NCBI GenBank assembly: GCA_050125095.1
Contig: JASFEA010000069.1
Location: 1 to 17,557, forward strand
From: a bacterium
Lineage (GTDB): Bacteria > Arandabacterota > Arandabacteria > Arandabacterales > JALGWA01
DNA: 17,557 nucleotides
Direction of reading: 5' to 3'
Every line of letters begins with the position of its first letter. Positions within the stretch are counted from its first letter, which is position 1. Of this stretch, positions 16,115 through 17,557 are shown piece after piece. Below the pieces are notes generated by a model. It was not told where the DNA came from. It worked only from the letters and a program-made list of their open reading frames with translations, and made no database searches. A program made the translations under genes and the position numbers.

Positions 16115-16228
16115 TGGGCGGGCGATTTGGCCGCCGGCCCGCGAATCTTAGAACTTGTTTATTTCTAAGGGAGTATGCTATGAATGGAGTCTGGCGCGGA
16201 GCCGGGCCTGTCCGGATCGCGCGGGGAA

Positions 16229-16265
16229 GTGGGGGATTTCCCGCAAATGGCGGGGCGAAACCCAC
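16229..16265. promoter_or_regulatory. Putative tandem enhancer (UAS) sites for a sigma54 activator
   Basis: GTGGG-N6-CCCGC (16229-16244) and its inverse GCGGG-N6-CCCAC (16250-16265), 21 bp apart and 115-150 bp upstream of the -24 box. Confidence 0.5.
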
Positions 16266-16335
16266 AGGTCAAGGACGTGCGGAATAGGGCGCGGGCCGCT
16301 TGAATCGCCCGCTGCTGGCTGACGGGAGGAAGCGC

Positions 16336-17145
16336 ATGAGAATCGGGTTCTTGCAGTTCTTTCCCAAGTTCGCGCTGGGTGAGGAAGACAAGGCCAAGAA
16401 CATAGAGAAGATCCGCGGGTTCATGGAAGGGGCCAAGGCCGACATCATCGTCCTGCCCGAGCTCTTCGCCACGGGCTACCTGTTCGAATCACGTGAGGAA
16501 CTCGCAAGGCTCGCCGAGGCGGCCGACGGCCCGACGGTGACGGCCCTCAAGGGGCTCTCGCGGGAATTCAACACAGCGCTGATCGGCACCGTCGCCGAGC
16601 GTTCGGGCGACGACATCTTCAATACATGCTACGCCGTCTCGGGAGGCGAGGTGGCGGGTAACTACAGGAAGGTCCATCTCTTCGACCGCGAGAAATACCT
16701 CTTCGCCGCCGGCGATACTCCCTTTCCCGTGATCGACATAAAGGGCGCGCGCGTCGGCCTCATGGTCTGTTTCGATTGGATATTCCCCGAGGTCGCCCGC
16801 GTTCTGGCGCTGGAAGGAGCCCAGATACTCTGTCATCCCTCCAACCTGGTGCTGCCCTATTGCCCCGCCGCGATGGTGACGCGCTGTATCGAGAATCGCG
16901 TATTCGCCGTGCTCGCCAACAGGGTGGGCATGGAGCGTACGGGTGATACTGAGCTCGAGTTTATAGGCATGAGCGAGGTCGTCGCCCCCAACGGCGACAT
17001 TCTGGCTCGCGCCGGCAGGGAGGACGAGCTGCTGCAGGTGGTCGACGTCGATCCCACCGACGCCGACGAGAAGATGGTGACGTCGACCAATGACGTCTTC
17101 GGAGACCGCAGGCCGGAGTTCTACAGGAAAATCTGCGAGCAGTAG
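16336..17145 (+). CDS. Carbon-nitrogen hydrolase (nitrilase superfamily amidohydrolase)
   Basis: Catalytic triad motifs Glu 'IVLPELF', Lys 'YRKVHLF' and Cys 'VCFDWIFPE', plus the terminal 'DRRPEFY'. ATG 16336 follows a GGGAGG SD. Confidence 0.93.
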   Translation: MRIGFLQFFPKFALGEEDKAKNIEKIRGFMEGAKADIIVLPELFATGYLFESREELARLAEAADGPTVTALKGLSREFNTALIGTVAERSGDDIFNTCYAVSGGEVAGNYRKVHLFDREKYLFAAGDTPFPVIDIKGARVGLMVCFDWIFPEVARVLALEGAQILCHPSNLVLPYCPAAMVTRCIENRVFAVLANRVGMERTGDTELEFIGMSEVVAPNGDILARAGREDELLQVVDVDPTDADEKMVTSTNDVFGDRRPEFYRKICEQ

Positions 17146-17195
17146 GAAGCGACGGGCCGGCCAATGGCGGCCATCGCGCCCGAATTCGGAAGCAC

Positions 17196-17320
17196 CTGTA
17201 CATCATGAGACCGGACGCCGGCGCCTATCTCGCTCAAGTCCGGCGGCCATTGTGCATCATGAGACATGATCCCGGTGCTTGCGGCGCTTGCGGGGATTGT
17301 GCAATCCGAGACCTGACCCC
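17196..17320 (-). repeat. Three copies (one good, two degenerate) of the GGGGTCAGGTCT...TGCACA repeat on the minus strand
   Basis: Reverse complements: 17297-17320 GGGGTCAGGTCTCGGATTGCACAA; 17250-17273 GGGATCATGTCTCATGATGCACAA; 17196-17219 GGCGTCCGGTCTCATGATGTACAG. Confidence 0.75.
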
Positions 17321-17337
17321 ATGAGGTTCGGAGGAGG

Positions 17338-17363
17338 GGGGGCCGGCGTAGTGGCCGGCCCCC
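17338..17363. terminator. 10-bp GC hairpin between convergent genes, probable terminator
   Basis: GGGGGCCGGC-GTAGTG-GCCGGCCCCC, 25 bp past the minus-strand stop at 17389. No clear U-tract. Confidence 0.55.
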
Positions 17364-17388
17364 TGAAGCGATGAAAGTGCCAAGTAGG

Positions 17389-17556
17389 TTACTTGATCTT
17401 GATTACCTTGGTCACACCTGAAAATCCGCTTGCCTGCATCCGGACGAAGTAGAGCCCTGGCGCCACCACCCTACCCCTGTTGTCTTCGCCATCCCAACCC
17501 ACGGTGTGAACCCCCGGATCAAACGTCTCGTCGACCAATGTCGTCGTGAGCCTTCC
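17389..17556 (-). CDS. 3' end of a protein with a FlgD-Ig / T9SS type A C-terminal domain (runs off the window; absent from the ORF track)
   Basis: My translation: ...GRLTTTLVDETFDPGVHTVGWDGEDNRGRVVAPGLYFVRMQASGFSGVTKVIKIK*. It has the same pattern as the C-terminus of the 11734-14982 protein. Confidence 0.88.
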   Translation of the reverse strand, partial: GRLTTTLVDETFDPGVHTVGWDGEDNRGRVVAPGLYFVRMQASGFSGVTKVIKIK

Positions 17557-17557
17557 C

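Noticed and set aside
17196-17320. Possible mini-CRISPR array (24-bp repeats with 30- and 23-bp gaps)
   Set aside because: The repeats are too degenerate and the gaps unequal, the same unit occurs elsewhere with 4-5 bp gaps, and no cas genes are in the window.

Overview
GC-rich bacterial window. Two proteins end in FlgD-Ig/T9SS-type sorting domains, which suggests an FCB-superphylum lineage (inference). The left 10.4 kb is one tightly coupled minus-strand operon: TetR regulator, putative outer-membrane beta-barrel, LolD/MacB-type ABC ATPase, two FtsX/LolCE-type permeases, LolA-like periplasmic protein, rifampin-phosphotransferase-architecture PEP-utilising dikinase, divergent PlsY-family acyltransferase and ICMT/PEMT-family methyltransferase. 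It has a sigma70 promoter and two copies of a TATAC-N7-GTATA dyad, and is the best candidate for an uncharacterised lipid transport and activation system. To the right are a small divergent membrane protein, an unannotated 6S RNA with a consensus promoter, and a ~1080-aa Cys/Asp-rich secreted protein. These are followed by a hypothetical gene with a full sigma54 promoter architecture and a multi-hairpin leader, a carbon-nitrogen hydrolase, and the 3' end of a second FlgD/T9SS-CTD protein. A 24-25 bp GGGGTCAGGTCT-N4-WTGCACA repeat family occurs in three intergenic clusters. All calls come from reading the sequence and motifs; no database search was run.
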